A stretch of DNA of 64,000 nt from an uncultured Dechloromonas sp. (lineage in GTDB: Bacteria; Pseudomonadota; Gammaproteobacteria; Burkholderiales; Rhodocyclaceae): assembly GCA_964583695.1 (NCBI GenBank), contig CAZOWA010000012.1, forward strand, positions 11,077-75,076, read 5' to 3'. This document shows positions 43,940-53,919 of this stretch, in pieces. The notes beneath the pieces are model-generated. The model saw nothing but the letters and a program-made list of their open reading frames with translations, made no database searches and was not told the DNA's origin. Made by a program: the position numbers and the translations under genes. Within the stretch, counting starts at the first letter, position 1; each line of letters starts with the position of its first letter.

Positions 43940-44317
43940 ATGCCGTCGATTCTCCTCATTGCCACGCCTCCCGGAGAGGCGCCGCTCGAAGTTCGGGCGG
44001 GATGGGTCGGCGTTACGCTGAAAATTGCGCCGGGCAATGATGCCAAACCACGGCGCTATGACGTCGTGGGCATTCATGCCAAGGTGGGCGGGCTGGGGTG
44101 GAGGATACGGAAATTTTTGCATCTTCCGCAACGAGGCCAAGAAGTCTGGCTCGGCTATGAGGTTGAACTCCTGCATGCCGTCCGGGCGCTTGAGGCGGCC
44201 GGACGTACCGAGGCTGCATTGTGGTGGACGACGAATGTGCCGCACCTGCTGCGCCCCGGCCAGACGGTGATATTTCCTGCTTCTTTTTGCCAGCTTGTGG
44301 AGCAGGCCGATATTTGA
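43940..44317 (+). CDS. Hypothetical protein
   Basis: 125-aa ORF with no recognised motif. Its composition is protein-like, unlike the opposite-strand ORF. Confidence 0.5.
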   Translation: MPSILLIATPPGEAPLEVRAGWVGVTLKIAPGNDAKPRRYDVVGIHAKVGGLGWRIRKFLHLPQRGQEVWLGYEVELLHAVRALEAAGRTEAALWWTTNVPHLLRPGQTVIFPASFCQLVEQADI

Positions 44318-44362
44318 CCAGTAGTTCGCTTCGTTCGGGGGCGGGAAGGATGCTCTCGGGTC

Positions 44363-45043
44363 TTGTTTTTTGTGATTTTTTGGGATTCCGTCGTGTTTGA
44401 AGAAAACCTGGAACAACTGCGCCCGGGGCTGACGCCATTTCCGGAGCACGTGTTCGCAAGCGACCAGCCGTGGCTGGCAGACCATCTTTGGCCCCTGCTT
44501 TCCATCGATCTCGCCTTGTTGCGTGCGGAACTGGCCGGCACGGTGGTTCATATGCTGCAACCCGTGGGGCCGATTGATGGCTATATCGGCGAAGGCACCA
44601 GCGAATTTCACAACGAATTTACGGCTCCGAACTGGTTTGCGTTGCAGCTCACCGACGACAACAAATATCGCTTTCTCGGGCAGGAGGCGTATTTCGAGCC
44701 TTATGACGACAAATACGCCCAGCGTTTGCAAAGTTATCAGGCGAAGGTGCGTGAGCATGCAAAAAACCACGGTCGCCTGGCCGGTTTCCCGCGCTATCTC
44801 AATGGTGCGGCGGACGAGAAAAACTGGCTGGATCGGCTCGGCGGAGATTTCTGGGCGGGCAACTGGGTGACGGAAGATCCGCCCCCCGCATTCAAGCTCG
44901 TTTATGACGAAGACGAAGACCACATCGAGCTCACTTTCCGCGGCAAACCCCTCTTTCCCGTGGCTTGCGCGAACGGACTGAGCATCCTGTTGTTCTACGA
45001 GCCGGAGAGCCGTATCGCACTGTTCACCTTTGATGCCTCTTGA
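44363..45043 (+). CDS. Hypothetical protein
   Basis: ORF of 226 codons opening at a TTG, so the true start is uncertain. No recognised motif; acidic C-terminal half. Confidence 0.5.
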   Translation: MFFVIFWDSVVFEENLEQLRPGLTPFPEHVFASDQPWLADHLWPLLSIDLALLRAELAGTVVHMLQPVGPIDGYIGEGTSEFHNEFTAPNWFALQLTDDNKYRFLGQEAYFEPYDDKYAQRLQSYQAKVREHAKNHGRLAGFPRYLNGAADEKNWLDRLGGDFWAGNWVTEDPPPAFKLVYDEDEDHIELTFRGKPLFPVACANGLSILLFYEPESRIALFTFDAS

Positions 45044-45142
45044 GCCGGATACGTCGGAATAATATGATCATGGAATTGTTGTGAGGGTGGCGAAAGCCCT
45101 TGCTTTTACCCACCGTGATTCGTCGATTTTGCCGGGGTTCGT

Positions 45143-45412
45143 ATGCCGCTGAAAAGAGTTGTTGCCCAGATTGGAGACACCGAAATCAAGGTTGAGAACA
45201 CCTGGTTGAGCGGTGCGCAGCTGTTCGTCAATGGGAGTGCGGTGGCAAGGACGGACGACTACTTCGCGCTCAATAAATCGAAGCCGATGATGACGGCGAA
45301 GGTGGTGATCGACGGTGCCGAAAAACTGGTCGAGGTGTTTTGCTTCGCGATATTCACGGTAAAGATCAAGATTTGTGTGGATGGCATTCAGCTTGCCGGC
45401 GACCGCTTTTGA
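45143..45412 (+). CDS. Hypothetical small protein
   Basis: 89-aa ORF with no recognised motif. It overlaps the open frame of the downstream Sel1 gene. Confidence 0.4.
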   Translation: MPLKRVVAQIGDTEIKVENTWLSGAQLFVNGSAVARTDDYFALNKSKPMMTAKVVIDGAEKLVEVFCFAIFTVKIKICVDGIQLAGDRF

Positions 45413-45443
45413 TCGGAGCTTCCCCTGGATATTCGCCTGGGTG

Positions 45444-46163
45444 ATGAAACCGTCGGCACATCAACCCACGGTCTGGAAATTTCTGATTTTTGTCTTTGGA
45501 GTCGTCATGAGCCTTACCTCCGTAGCAGCGCTGGATGATGGAATACGCGCCTACCACGCCGGCAATTTGGCGCTTGCCCTGAAAGAGTTCAGCGCTTCTG
45601 CCCGGGCGGGCGATCCCGTCGGCAAGCATCTTCTGGCCAGCCTGTACTATCAGGGGCATGGCGTGAGTCACGACGTGCAGAAGGCGGTCGAACTTTTTTC
45701 GGAAGCCGCCGAGGCCGGTTATCCGCCGTCGCTGGCCAATCTGGCCCTGATGTATGCCAACGGCGACGGTGTCGTCCGGGATGAAAAGAAGGCGCTGAAC
45801 TACCGGATGCGAGCGGCCGAAGCCGGTGACCTGCAATCGCAGTTCAACCTCGGTCAGGCATACCGCAAGGGTGAGGGCATGCCCGGCGATCAGGTCAAGG
45901 CGGCCTTCTGGTATCGCAAGGCGGCCAAGGCCGGCTGGTTGCCGGCGCAGAACGAGCTGGGTCTGCTCTATGCTCAGGGACACGGTGTCGCGCTGGATTA
46001 CGTCGAGGCTTATGCGTGGATCGACATGCCGGCGCGTGCGGGCGACGGGCAGGCCATCAAGAATCGCGCGCAGTTGCTGGAGATTCTCTCAGCGCCGGAA
46101 CAGATCAAGGCGCGCAATCTCGCAGCCGAGTACGCGAAAAAATACGCGTCTCCGGCGCGCTGA
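45444..46163 (+). CDS. Sel1-repeat (TPR-like) protein with signal peptide
   Basis: ORF 45375-46163; the likely start is the ATG at 45444 (MKPSAHQPTVWKFLIFVFGVVMSLTSVAA). It has at least four Sel1 units (e.g. AVELFSEAAEAGYPPSLANLALMYANGDGV). Confidence 0.85.
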   Translation: MKPSAHQPTVWKFLIFVFGVVMSLTSVAALDDGIRAYHAGNLALALKEFSASARAGDPVGKHLLASLYYQGHGVSHDVQKAVELFSEAAEAGYPPSLANLALMYANGDGVVRDEKKALNYRMRAAEAGDLQSQFNLGQAYRKGEGMPGDQVKAAFWYRKAAKAGWLPAQNELGLLYAQGHGVALDYVEAYAWIDMPARAGDGQAIKNRAQLLEILSAPEQIKARNLAAEYAKKYASPAR

Positions 46164-46197
46164 AAAGGGCTTCCACACCCAAGATGCTTCCATTACG

Positions 46198-46269
46198 TGC
46201 GGTCAACCGGAAAAATCGCCCGATTTCGGGAATGCCAAAATTCGGCGATTTTTCCGGTTGACCGTGGCA
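46198..46269. repeat. Dispersed repeat family, full-length palindromic copy G
   Basis: TGCGGTCAACCGGAAAAATCGCC ... GGCGATTTTTCCGGTTGACCGTGGCA. GGTCAACCGGAAAAATCGCC pairs perfectly (20 bp) with its inverted partner. It lies between the convergent Sel1 and CpxP-like genes. Confidence 0.9.
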
Positions 46270-46314
46270 GGCGAGGGGAAGCCCCCTCGCTGGCCGGTCA
46301 TCATGCCAGGCCGC

Positions 46315-46827
46315 TTAACCGCGCATCCACGGGCCGCGACTGTTGTCCAGCACGGCGCGTTGTTCGGGGGTCAGCGTGTCGTAGAGTCCCTTCATTGCCT
46401 TGCTCATTTCTTCCAGGTTGCGGGCGCGTTCCTGGGTGAATTTGCTGGCCATTTCAAGACGTTCCGGCGCAGTCTTGGGGGCATCCGTGCGTTCCTTGCG
46501 CAGTTCGCCCATGCGCTTGGCTTGCGCTTCGACGGTGCTGGCCAACGTATTCCAGGATTTTTCCTGATCGGCCTGCAGCTTGAGCGACGTCTTGAGTTTG
46601 TCGAGATGGCGTGTGGCGCGTTCCTCCGGCGAGAAATCGCCGCGTTGGCCGCCACGTTCGTGACGGGCGCCATGTCCGCGGCCCATCATGCCGGATTCGG
46701 ATTTTGAAAAGCCCGGGCCGTCGCCGTTATTGCAGCCGGCACCCGGACCGGCCAGTGCGACAGAGGCAGCCGCGAGGGAAACGCCGGTGACGCCGGCAAG
46801 GATCAGGTTACGGATTGGGGTTTTCAT
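46315..46827 (-). CDS. Spy/CpxP-family periplasmic protein
   Basis: ORF 46315-47010; the likely start is the ATG at 46827 (MKTPIRNLILAGVTGVSLAAASVALA, a signal peptide), giving 170 aa. The LTPEQRAV motif is present. Confidence 0.75.
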   Translation of the reverse strand: MKTPIRNLILAGVTGVSLAAASVALAGPGAGCNNGDGPGFSKSESGMMGRGHGARHERGGQRGDFSPEERATRHLDKLKTSLKLQADQEKSWNTLASTVEAQAKRMGELRKERTDAPKTAPERLEMASKFTQERARNLEEMSKAMKGLYDTLTPEQRAVLDNSRGPWMRG

Positions 46828-46933
46828 GGAGGTCTCCTGCAATAGTGAATCGCCACATGGCAGGACGAAGTCTGCGCGCCAGATGTAAGCCATTTGTGTC
46901 TGGCGGCGGATCGATTGGTAAATTTGTGTGACA

Positions 46934-46989
46934 GGCGAAACGGTTTTCTGCGGTTTCGCTAATTCGGGCGTTTTTTCGCGTTCACCGCA
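46934..46989 (-). repeat. Dispersed repeat family, copy I (reverse orientation)
   Basis: The reverse complement reads TGCGGTGAACGCGAAAAAACGCCCGAATTAGCGAAACCGCAGAAAACCGTTTCGCC. It lies in the 180-bp spacer between the sensor kinase stop and the CpxP-like start. Confidence 0.7.
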
Positions 46990-47006
46990 GAAGTCGCGCT
47001 GCGAGG

Positions 47007-50000
47007 TCAATCCGGGCGCGAGGCGCGTACGCGCTCAAGCACCTCACGCACTTCCTTTTCGCTGATCGGTTTGGAAATGTAGTCGTTCATGCCGGCGGCG
47101 AGGCAGCGTTCGCGGTCGCCGTGCATGGCATTGGCGGTGATGGCGATGACCGGAATATTCGGATTGCGCACTTCCCGGGAACGGCGCAGGCGGCGGGTGG
47201 CTTCAAAACCGTCGAGCACCGGCATCTGGCAATCCATGAGCACGACGTCGTAGTCGTTGGCGGCAAGTGCACTCAGGGCTTCTTCGCCATTTTCGGCAAT
47301 GTCGATGCGGTGTCCCTGACGGCTGAGAAGCAGGCTGGCGACGCGCTGATTGATGCGGTTGTCTTCGGCGAGCAGAATGTTCAGGCCGCTGCCGGCGGTG
47401 ACGTCATGGGCAGGTTCGGAAGCGTGTGGTGGCGCCGGGATTTGTGTGGTGGCGAGCGGCAGGCTGAACCAGAAGGTCGAACCTTTGCCTTCTTCGCTTT
47501 CCACGCCGATTTCGCCGCCCATCAGTTCGACGAGGCGTCGTGAAATGGACAGGCCCAGCCCGGTGCCGCCAAAGCGCCGGGTGATCGAGGTGTCGGCCTG
47601 CGCGAAGGGGGTGAACAATTCGCCAACCTTGTCCGCCGGGATGCCGATGCCGGTATCGCGGATCGTACAGCGCAGCCTGACCAGACCGGCTTCCCGGGCA
47701 ATCAGGCCGAGTTCGATGGCAACTGCGCCATGATGGGTGAACTTGATTGCGTTTCCGGCAAGGTTGGTCAGCACCTGACGGATGCGACCGGCGTCGCCGA
47801 TGAGTTGCTCAGGAATGTCGGGCGCGATGCTGAAGGAAAAATCGAGCGACTTTTCCCGCGCACTGATGGCCAGCAGATCGTAGGTCTGGTCGATGACGTC
47901 GTGCAGGTTGAAGCTGTTTTTGTCGATGTCGAGCTTGCCGGCCTCGATTTTCGAAAAATCGAGAATGTCGTTGATGATGGTTAGCAGGGCTTCGGCGCTG
48001 CTCTTCACGATCTGGGCGAATTCCCGTTGTTCGTCGTTGAGTTCGGTGCCGAGCAACAGGTCGCTCATGCCGATCACGCCGTTCATCGGCGTGCGGATTT
48101 CGTGGCTCATGTTGGCCAGAAAATCGCTTTTTGCGCGGCTTGCGGCTTCTGCGCGTTCGGAGGCTTCCAGCCGGGCACGGATGGCGCGGTCGTTGGCAAT
48201 GGCCAGGGCAAACAGGTCGCCGATCTGTTGCAGGGTCTGGAGGCGGATCGCCGAGCGCGAAGGGTGGGGCGCGGTGTACAGGAAGAGTACGCCAAGGCAC
48301 TCGCGGCCGATCATCAGCGGGATGATGTAGTGGCCATGCGGGCTCATGTCGGGCTGCCGGTTCTGGTGGCGGTGATCTTCGAAGCAATTGTCGGAAACGA
48401 TGATTTCACCGGAGGCTGCGGCTTGCCCGCAGAGGCAGCGGTTGAGCGGCAAATGCCGTTCATCGGCAAGGAAGCGGTTGGAAAAATTGCCGCAGGTGAG
48501 ATGAAGGGTGAGCTCGCTGGCGTTTTCTTCAAGGGTAAAAATGCCGCCTTTTTGCTCCACGGCGAGATCACGCATGTCGTGAATGGTAGCGAGCGCAGCT
48601 TCGAAACGTTCGGCCAGCGGGCGTTCGTTTTCCTGAAGGATGCGGGCGATGGCGAATTTTGCTTCGGCGCCTTCACGGGCGTCGATTTCGGCAGCTTCGT
48701 GCAGCTTGCGTTCGGTGATGTTCGAGGCTGCGCCGCGGTAGCCGATGAAGTCGCCATTGGCGGCAAACACCGGCACACCGCTCAGGCTGATCCAGATTGT
48801 TTCCATGCCGGAACGCAGCATGCGGTATTCGAAGCGGTGGAATGGCCGGTGCGCTTCGAGTTCGGCAATGTGCGCCTGCATTTCCTCCTGATCGCGTTCG
48901 TCTACCGCTGCCAGCAATTCGGCCCGGGTTTTGCCAATGGCACGCTGGACATCGAAGCCGAGCAGGGCGCTGGCGTTGTCGGAGAAGAACGAGAAGCGCA
49001 GCTCCTTGTCCATTTCCCAGAACCACCAGTCGGAACTGGTCGAGAAAATGTCGAGAAAGCGCTTCTCATTGGCGGCCAGCGACTGGTGCGCGTTCTGCAA
49101 ATGTGCTTCAACGCCTTGCAGGCGACGGGAAAGGGCAATGAGCAGCGCTGCCGCGAGCATTGCGGCAAGCAGCAGGGCGATGCCGAGTTGGCGGTTGTCG
49201 GACTGCCGGGTGGCTGTGACGTTACTGAGCAGGGCGATCGATGCGGCCGGGCGTTGCTCGTAATCAGGCAGGGGAATGATGATTCCGGACCAGCGTGTGT
49301 CCTGACTGCGTGCTTCGAAGACGCCGCTTTGCTGGTCGGTGGGGGTGTTTTCCCAAGTGGTGATCAGTTGTTCCGGAAGTTCAGGCAGGGTTTGGGAAAG
49401 GATGGCAAACCCGCGGTGATCCTGCCAGGTACCGCTGAAGCCGAGTGCCCTTTTGCCGAACAGGAAGTTTTCCTCGCTGGTAAAACGCTTGGTGACTGCG
49501 GTGATTGTCTCGAGATGGGTCAGGTGCTTGATCTGCGAGGCGAACCATTCGACTTCCTGGCCGAGTTCGATATAGCCGATGAGGCGGCCGTCGACACGCC
49601 AGGGAATGACGTGGCGCAGCGTGTAGGTTGCCGTCGAACCCAGCTCGATGCCGGTGGCCGGCTTGCCGGTCGCTACAGCATCCAGCAGTGTTTTGCGCTG
49701 CACGAGATCGCCGGATTTGGAAGGCTCATGGACGCGCAGCAGGACACGGCGGTCGGTGTCGATGAAATACCAGTGACTGATGCCGAAATCCTTGCGCAGG
49801 CGTTGCAGCACGGGTTCCGCTTCGGCCTGCAGCGCGGCGGTGTCGGCCCGTTGCATTGCGCGAACCAGACCCGGCCTGGCGGCCGCATCATCGGCAAACC
49901 ATGCAAGGCGCAGCTCGCTTTCGTTCTGAAGCCTCTGCCAGATGTCACGAACCTGCAGCACCCGCGTTTCGGTGAGGTTCTTCTCGCGCTCGGCCTGGTG

Positions 50001-50111
50001 ACTTTTGAAGGCGAGCCCGAACAGAACGAGAAGAACGAGCAACACCAGGCTGACCGGGAGCAGAACTTGTTGCTTCAGGCGGAAACGGCCAGTGGGCTGC
50101 ATAGAATTCAT
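47007..50111 (-). CDS. Hybrid sensor histidine kinase / response regulator (periplasmic sensor, PAS, GAF, HisKA, HATPase, REC)
   Basis: 1034 aa: an N-terminal TM helix, a periplasmic region of about 300 aa, a second TM helix, then PAS and GAF. Motifs: H-box [28 protein letters not shown], and [17 protein letters not shown]. Confidence 0.92.
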   Translation of the reverse strand: MNSMQPTGRFRLKQQVLLPVSLVLLVLLVLFGLAFKSHQAEREKNLTETRVLQVRDIWQRLQNESELRLAWFADDAAARPGLVRAMQRADTAALQAEAEPVLQRLRKDFGISHWYFIDTDRRVLLRVHEPSKSGDLVQRKTLLDAVATGKPATGIELGSTATYTLRHVIPWRVDGRLIGYIELGQEVEWFASQIKHLTHLETITAVTKRFTSEENFLFGKRALGFSGTWQDHRGFAILSQTLPELPEQLITTWENTPTDQQSGVFEARSQDTRWSGIIIPLPDYEQRPAASIALLSNVTATRQSDNRQLGIALLLAAMLAAALLIALSRRLQGVEAHLQNAHQSLAANEKRFLDIFSTSSDWWFWEMDKELRFSFFSDNASALLGFDVQRAIGKTRAELLAAVDERDQEEMQAHIAELEAHRPFHRFEYRMLRSGMETIWISLSGVPVFAANGDFIGYRGAASNITERKLHEAAEIDAREGAEAKFAIARILQENERPLAERFEAALATIHDMRDLAVEQKGGIFTLEENASELTLHLTCGNFSNRFLADERHLPLNRCLCGQAAASGEIIVSDNCFEDHRHQNRQPDMSPHGHYIIPLMIGRECLGVLFLYTAPHPSRSAIRLQTLQQIGDLFALAIANDRAIRARLEASERAEAASRAKSDFLANMSHEIRTPMNGVIGMSDLLLGTELNDEQREFAQIVKSSAEALLTIINDILDFSKIEAGKLDIDKNSFNLHDVIDQTYDLLAISAREKSLDFSFSIAPDIPEQLIGDAGRIRQVLTNLAGNAIKFTHHGAVAIELGLIAREAGLVRLRCTIRDTGIGIPADKVGELFTPFAQADTSITRRFGGTGLGLSISRRLVELMGGEIGVESEEGKGSTFWFSLPLATTQIPAPPHASEPAHDVTAGSGLNILLAEDNRINQRVASLLLSRQGHRIDIAENGEEALSALAANDYDVVLMDCQMPVLDGFEATRRLRRSREVRNPNIPVIAITANAMHGDRERCLAAGMNDYISKPISEKEVREVLERVRASRPD

Positions 50112-50195
50112 GACGTCTTCAGGGTGAAGGCGTCATCTCGATGGGTTGGGACGACCTGCCGGAGTTCCGCCACCGACAGGGACATGGCGGGCGAA

Positions 50196-50639
50196 TCAGC
50201 GATAGACCAGCACGGGAATCTTGGAGTGGGTCAAAACCTTGTTGGTTTCGCTGCCCAGCAAAAAGCCGCTGATTCCACGTCGACCGTGGGAGGCCATGAA
50301 GATCAGGTCACAGCCGGACTGGGTGGCGGCTTCGATGATGGCTTCGTAGGGAATGTCGCTGGTGGCTGAGGTCGTCGCACATTCGACGCCGGCTTCGGTA
50401 CAAAGGGCCTGAATTTCACCAAGATATTGGCTGGCCTGCTGGTCGGCGAGTTCGGCGAATTTTTCCGGGGTGGTCGGTTCGATCAGGGCGCCTTCGCCGA
50501 AATAGGCGATCGGGTATTCCGGTTTGGCGAAAAAGACGGTGACGCGTGCACCGGCTTCCTTGGCGAAGGCAATCGCGCTTCGGGCAGTGGCTTGAGAAAG
50601 TTCGGAACCGTCGGTCGGTACAAGAATGTGCTTGAACAT
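50196..50639 (-). CDS. Universal stress protein (UspA family)
   Basis: 147 aa, MFKHILVPTDGSELS ... GSETNKVLTHSKIPVLVYR. Confidence 0.9.
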   Translation of the reverse strand: MFKHILVPTDGSELSQATARSAIAFAKEAGARVTVFFAKPEYPIAYFGEGALIEPTTPEKFAELADQQASQYLGEIQALCTEAGVECATTSATSDIPYEAIIEAATQSGCDLIFMASHGRRGISGFLLGSETNKVLTHSKIPVLVYR

Positions 50640-50722
50640 GGTCTACCTCCTGAAACTGTCTGCTGGCGTTGCAATTCGCCTTCTTGAAGATCATGCTACG
50701 CCAAGTCAGGAGGATTTCAAAC

Positions 50723-52135
50723 ATGCGCGTCGGATTTCTCGGTGCGGCCGGCGAAGTCACCGGTTCATGCACTTTGGTCGAGGTGGGTGACCTGCGTTTT
50801 TTGGTCGATTGCGGGATGTTTCAGGGTGGGCCGGAGGCACGCAGCAAGAACCTCAAGGCACTGAATTTCGGTTTCGATGTGCGGAAAATCGATTTCGTCC
50901 TGCTGACCCATGCCCACATTGATCATTCCGGCCTGCTGCCCCGGCTTGTCATGCTCGGTTATCGCGGGCCGATCTACGCGACGCCGGCCAGTATCGAACT
51001 GCTCGAAGTGCTGCTGCCCGACAGTGCCCACATTCAGGAAAAAGAGGCGGAGTGGCAGTTGCGCAGCAGGCATCGGCGTGGGCGGGGCGAGCGCGGGATT
51101 CCCGCGCCCCTCTATTCGGTTGCGCAGGCCCAGGCATCCCTCAAGCTGTTGCGGCCAGTGCCTTATGGCCTGATCATCCATCCGGCAGAAACGGTCAGCG
51201 TCTGTTTCCACGATGCCGGCCACATTCTCGGCTCTTCGTGGCTGGAAGTGACGGTGAGCGGCGAGGGCAAGCCGCGCAAACTGGTTTTTTCCGGCGATCT
51301 CGGCATGCCGGATCGCCCTGTGTTGCGCGATCCGGAGAAGCCGGTTCCGCAGGCGGACTTCCTGCTGGTCGAATCCACCTACGGCGACCGTTTACACCGC
51401 TCCCTGGCTGAAACCGAGGACGAAATCGTCGATGCCTTCGCCCGCACGCGTGCGGCTGGCGGGAACATGGTGCTTCCTGCCTTTGCCGTTGGACGAACGC
51501 AGGAAATCCTTTATTTGCTGGCCGATCTGGTGCGCCGCAAGCGGATCTCGCCGATCAAGGTTTATGTCGACTCGCCGATGGCCAATTCGGCAACACGGAT
51601 CACGCTCGCACATCAGGAGTTGCTCGATCCGGAAACGTGCGAGTTGATCGACTGGCAGCAAAAACATCCGGAAAAGATGAAGATCGAGTTCGTGGCCGAT
51701 GTCGAGCGTTCGAAGGCGCTGAACGACATACGCAGCGGTGCCGTCATCATTTCTGCTAGCGGCATGTGCGAGGCTGGGCGCATCAAGTATCACCTGCGCG
51801 AAAACCTGCCGCGCAGCGAATGCACGGTGCTCATCGCCGGTTTTCAGGCGGCCGGTACCTTGGGCCGCCGGTTGGTTGATGGCGCCCGGCTGGTGCATAT
51901 TTTCGGTCAGCCGGTGCCGGTCCGGGCAAGGATCTATACCGTCGGCGGCTTGTCGGCACACGCGGATCAGACCGCCTTGCTCAACTGGCTGCGGGGTTTT
52001 CGTCAGGCACCGGGCAAGGTGTTTGTCGGGCACGGCGAAGCCGCTGCATCGGAAAATTTCGTGGTGGCGGTAAAAAATCACCTGGATTGGCTTGATGTCC
52101 GCTTGGCACGCCCCGGCGAGTTCGTCACGCTGTAA
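50723..52135 (+). CDS. MBL-fold hydrolase with beta-CASP/RNA-metabolising domain
   Basis: ORF 50669-52135; the likely start is the ATG at 50723 (MRVGFLGAAGEVTGSC), giving 470 aa. The HAHIDHSG motif is present. Confidence 0.85.
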   Translation: MRVGFLGAAGEVTGSCTLVEVGDLRFLVDCGMFQGGPEARSKNLKALNFGFDVRKIDFVLLTHAHIDHSGLLPRLVMLGYRGPIYATPASIELLEVLLPDSAHIQEKEAEWQLRSRHRRGRGERGIPAPLYSVAQAQASLKLLRPVPYGLIIHPAETVSVCFHDAGHILGSSWLEVTVSGEGKPRKLVFSGDLGMPDRPVLRDPEKPVPQADFLLVESTYGDRLHRSLAETEDEIVDAFARTRAAGGNMVLPAFAVGRTQEILYLLADLVRRKRISPIKVYVDSPMANSATRITLAHQELLDPETCELIDWQQKHPEKMKIEFVADVERSKALNDIRSGAVIISASGMCEAGRIKYHLRENLPRSECTVLIAGFQAAGTLGRRLVDGARLVHIFGQPVPVRARIYTVGGLSAHADQTALLNWLRGFRQAPGKVFVGHGEAAASENFVVAVKNHLDWLDVRLARPGEFVTL

Positions 52136-52164
52136 GATAACGAAAGAATTTCAGAGGCGAGGTA

Positions 52165-53919
52165 ATGAAGATGTCCAGCACTTCCTCAGCAAGAAACGAA
52201 GGCCTTGATATGCACAGCCTGAGTCCGCTCGAATCACTGGGTAATTCGGTAAGCAAGGCCGTCGATCCCTATGGCGTCACGACGTCGCTGCTCAATGCGC
52301 AGATGGCCTGGATGATGCACCCGCAGGAGCTTTCCCGTGCGATGAATGCGCTGTCCGGGGATCTTCTCGCCCTGCAGTCGCACGTGATGCGACGGGCGAT
52401 GGGGCTGCCGTCCAACGACGTCATTCAGCCCAATGCCGATGATGCCCGTTTTTCCGACCCGGTCTGGACCGATTCGGCAAGCTGGGACATCATCAAAGAG
52501 TGGTACCTTGCCTTTACGCACCGCCTTGAGGACATGCTGTTCGAGACGCCGGGGCTTTCCGACAAGGAGCGCCGGCGTTCTGCCTTCTGGCTGCGCAAAT
52601 GGCTGAACATGGTGGCGCCGACCAATTTCTTCTGGCTCAATCCGGTGGCGATGGAGCGTTTTGTCGCAACCAACGGAGAAAGCCTGAAGAAGGGCTGGGA
52701 GAACTTCCAGCGCGATGCAAAGGCGAAAAACATCCTGATGGTCGAGCCGGATGCCTTTACCGTTGGCAAGGATCTGGCAACCACACCGGGCAAGGTGGTT
52801 TTCCGCAATCGTCTGGTCGAACTCATTCATTACGCACCGACCACCGAAAAAGTGCGGGCGATGCCCATCGTGATCACCACGCCATGGATCAACAAGTTCT
52901 ACATCCTCGACCTGACGGCCAAGAAGAGCATGGTCAAGTATCTGACCGACCAGGGCTTCTCGGTGTTCATCACGAGCTGGAAAAACCCGGGTGAAGAACT
53001 TTCCGGCGTGCGTCTCGACGATTACCTGCTGGAGGGGGTCAATGAGGCGGTACGTGTCGCCTGCGAATTCTGCAAGGTACCGCAGGTGCATCTGGTCGGT
53101 TACTGCATCGGCGGTACGCTGGTCAGTACCTACATGGCCTGGGCCAACAAGCATTTCCCCGCCGACAAGATGCCGGTAGCACACTGGACACTATTTACCA
53201 CCCTGACCGATTTTGCCCATCCGGGCGATATTGACGTCTTTATCGACGAGGCCTGTATTGGCGCGCTGGAAGAGTCGATGGCCAAGAAGGGCTATCTCGA
53301 TGGTAGCGAAATGGCGACTTCCTTCCGCATGCTGCGTTCGAACAGCCTGATCTGGCATTACTGGGTGAAGAGCTATCTGATGGGCGATGCGCTACCACCG
53401 TTCGACGTGCTTTTCTGGAACATGGATACGACGCGCATGCCGCAGGCCATGCATTCCTACTACCTGCGCGAGATGTATCTGCACAACAACCTGATCAAAC
53501 GCGACAAGCTGACCATCGCCGGCGAGGCGATCGACCTCGACCGTGTGACGCAGCCGCTATATGCCGTCACTGCGGAAGACGACCACATCGCACCCTGGAA
53601 GCAGTGCTATCGCATTCGCAAGCAGATTAATGTAGCGGCACCGGTACGCTTCGTGTTGTCTACCTCGGGCCATATCCTGGGTATCGTCAATCCGCCGGCC
53701 AATCCTCCCAAGCGGGCGTACTGGATCGCCGAGCCGGAACGTAACGAGCACTGGGAACACTGGTTTGACCGTGCCGACAAGAAGCCGGGTACCTGGTGGG
53801 AAGACTGGACCCGCTGGTTGGGTGAGCGGACCGGCGATCTGGTCGAGGCTTACCCGGTAAGCAACCGCAAGTTCCCGGCGCTCGCCGATGCGCCCGGTAC
53901 CTACGTTCTTGAGAAGTGA
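52165..53919 (+). CDS. phaC: Class I poly(R)-hydroxyalkanoate synthase
   Basis: 584 aa with the lipase-box-like motif GYCIGG and a conserved PhaC N-terminal region. Confidence 0.92.
   Translation: MKMSSTSSARNEGLDMHSLSPLESLGNSVSKAVDPYGVTTSLLNAQMAWMMHPQELSRAMNALSGDLLALQSHVMRRAMGLPSNDVIQPNADDARFSDPVWTDSASWDIIKEWYLAFTHRLEDMLFETPGLSDKERRRSAFWLRKWLNMVAPTNFFWLNPVAMERFVATNGESLKKGWENFQRDAKAKNILMVEPDAFTVGKDLATTPGKVVFRNRLVELIHYAPTTEKVRAMPIVITTPWINKFYILDLTAKKSMVKYLTDQGFSVFITSWKNPGEELSGVRLDDYLLEGVNEAVRVACEFCKVPQVHLVGYCIGGTLVSTYMAWANKHFPADKMPVAHWTLFTTLTDFAHPGDIDVFIDEACIGALEESMAKKGYLDGSEMATSFRMLRSNSLIWHYWVKSYLMGDALPPFDVLFWNMDTTRMPQAMHSYYLREMYLHNNLIKRDKLTIAGEAIDLDRVTQPLYAVTAEDDHIAPWKQCYRIRKQINVAAPVRFVLSTSGHILGIVNPPANPPKRAYWIAEPERNEHWEHWFDRADKKPGTWWEDWTRWLGERTGDLVEAYPVSNRKFPALADAPGTYVLEK

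Noticed and set aside
14204-46989. Reading the recurring TGCGGTCAACC...GAAAAA elements as a CRISPR array.
   Set aside because: Copies are kilobases apart, occur in both orientations, are separated by genes and include self-complementary full-length forms. No regular repeat-spacer structure or cas genes are present.
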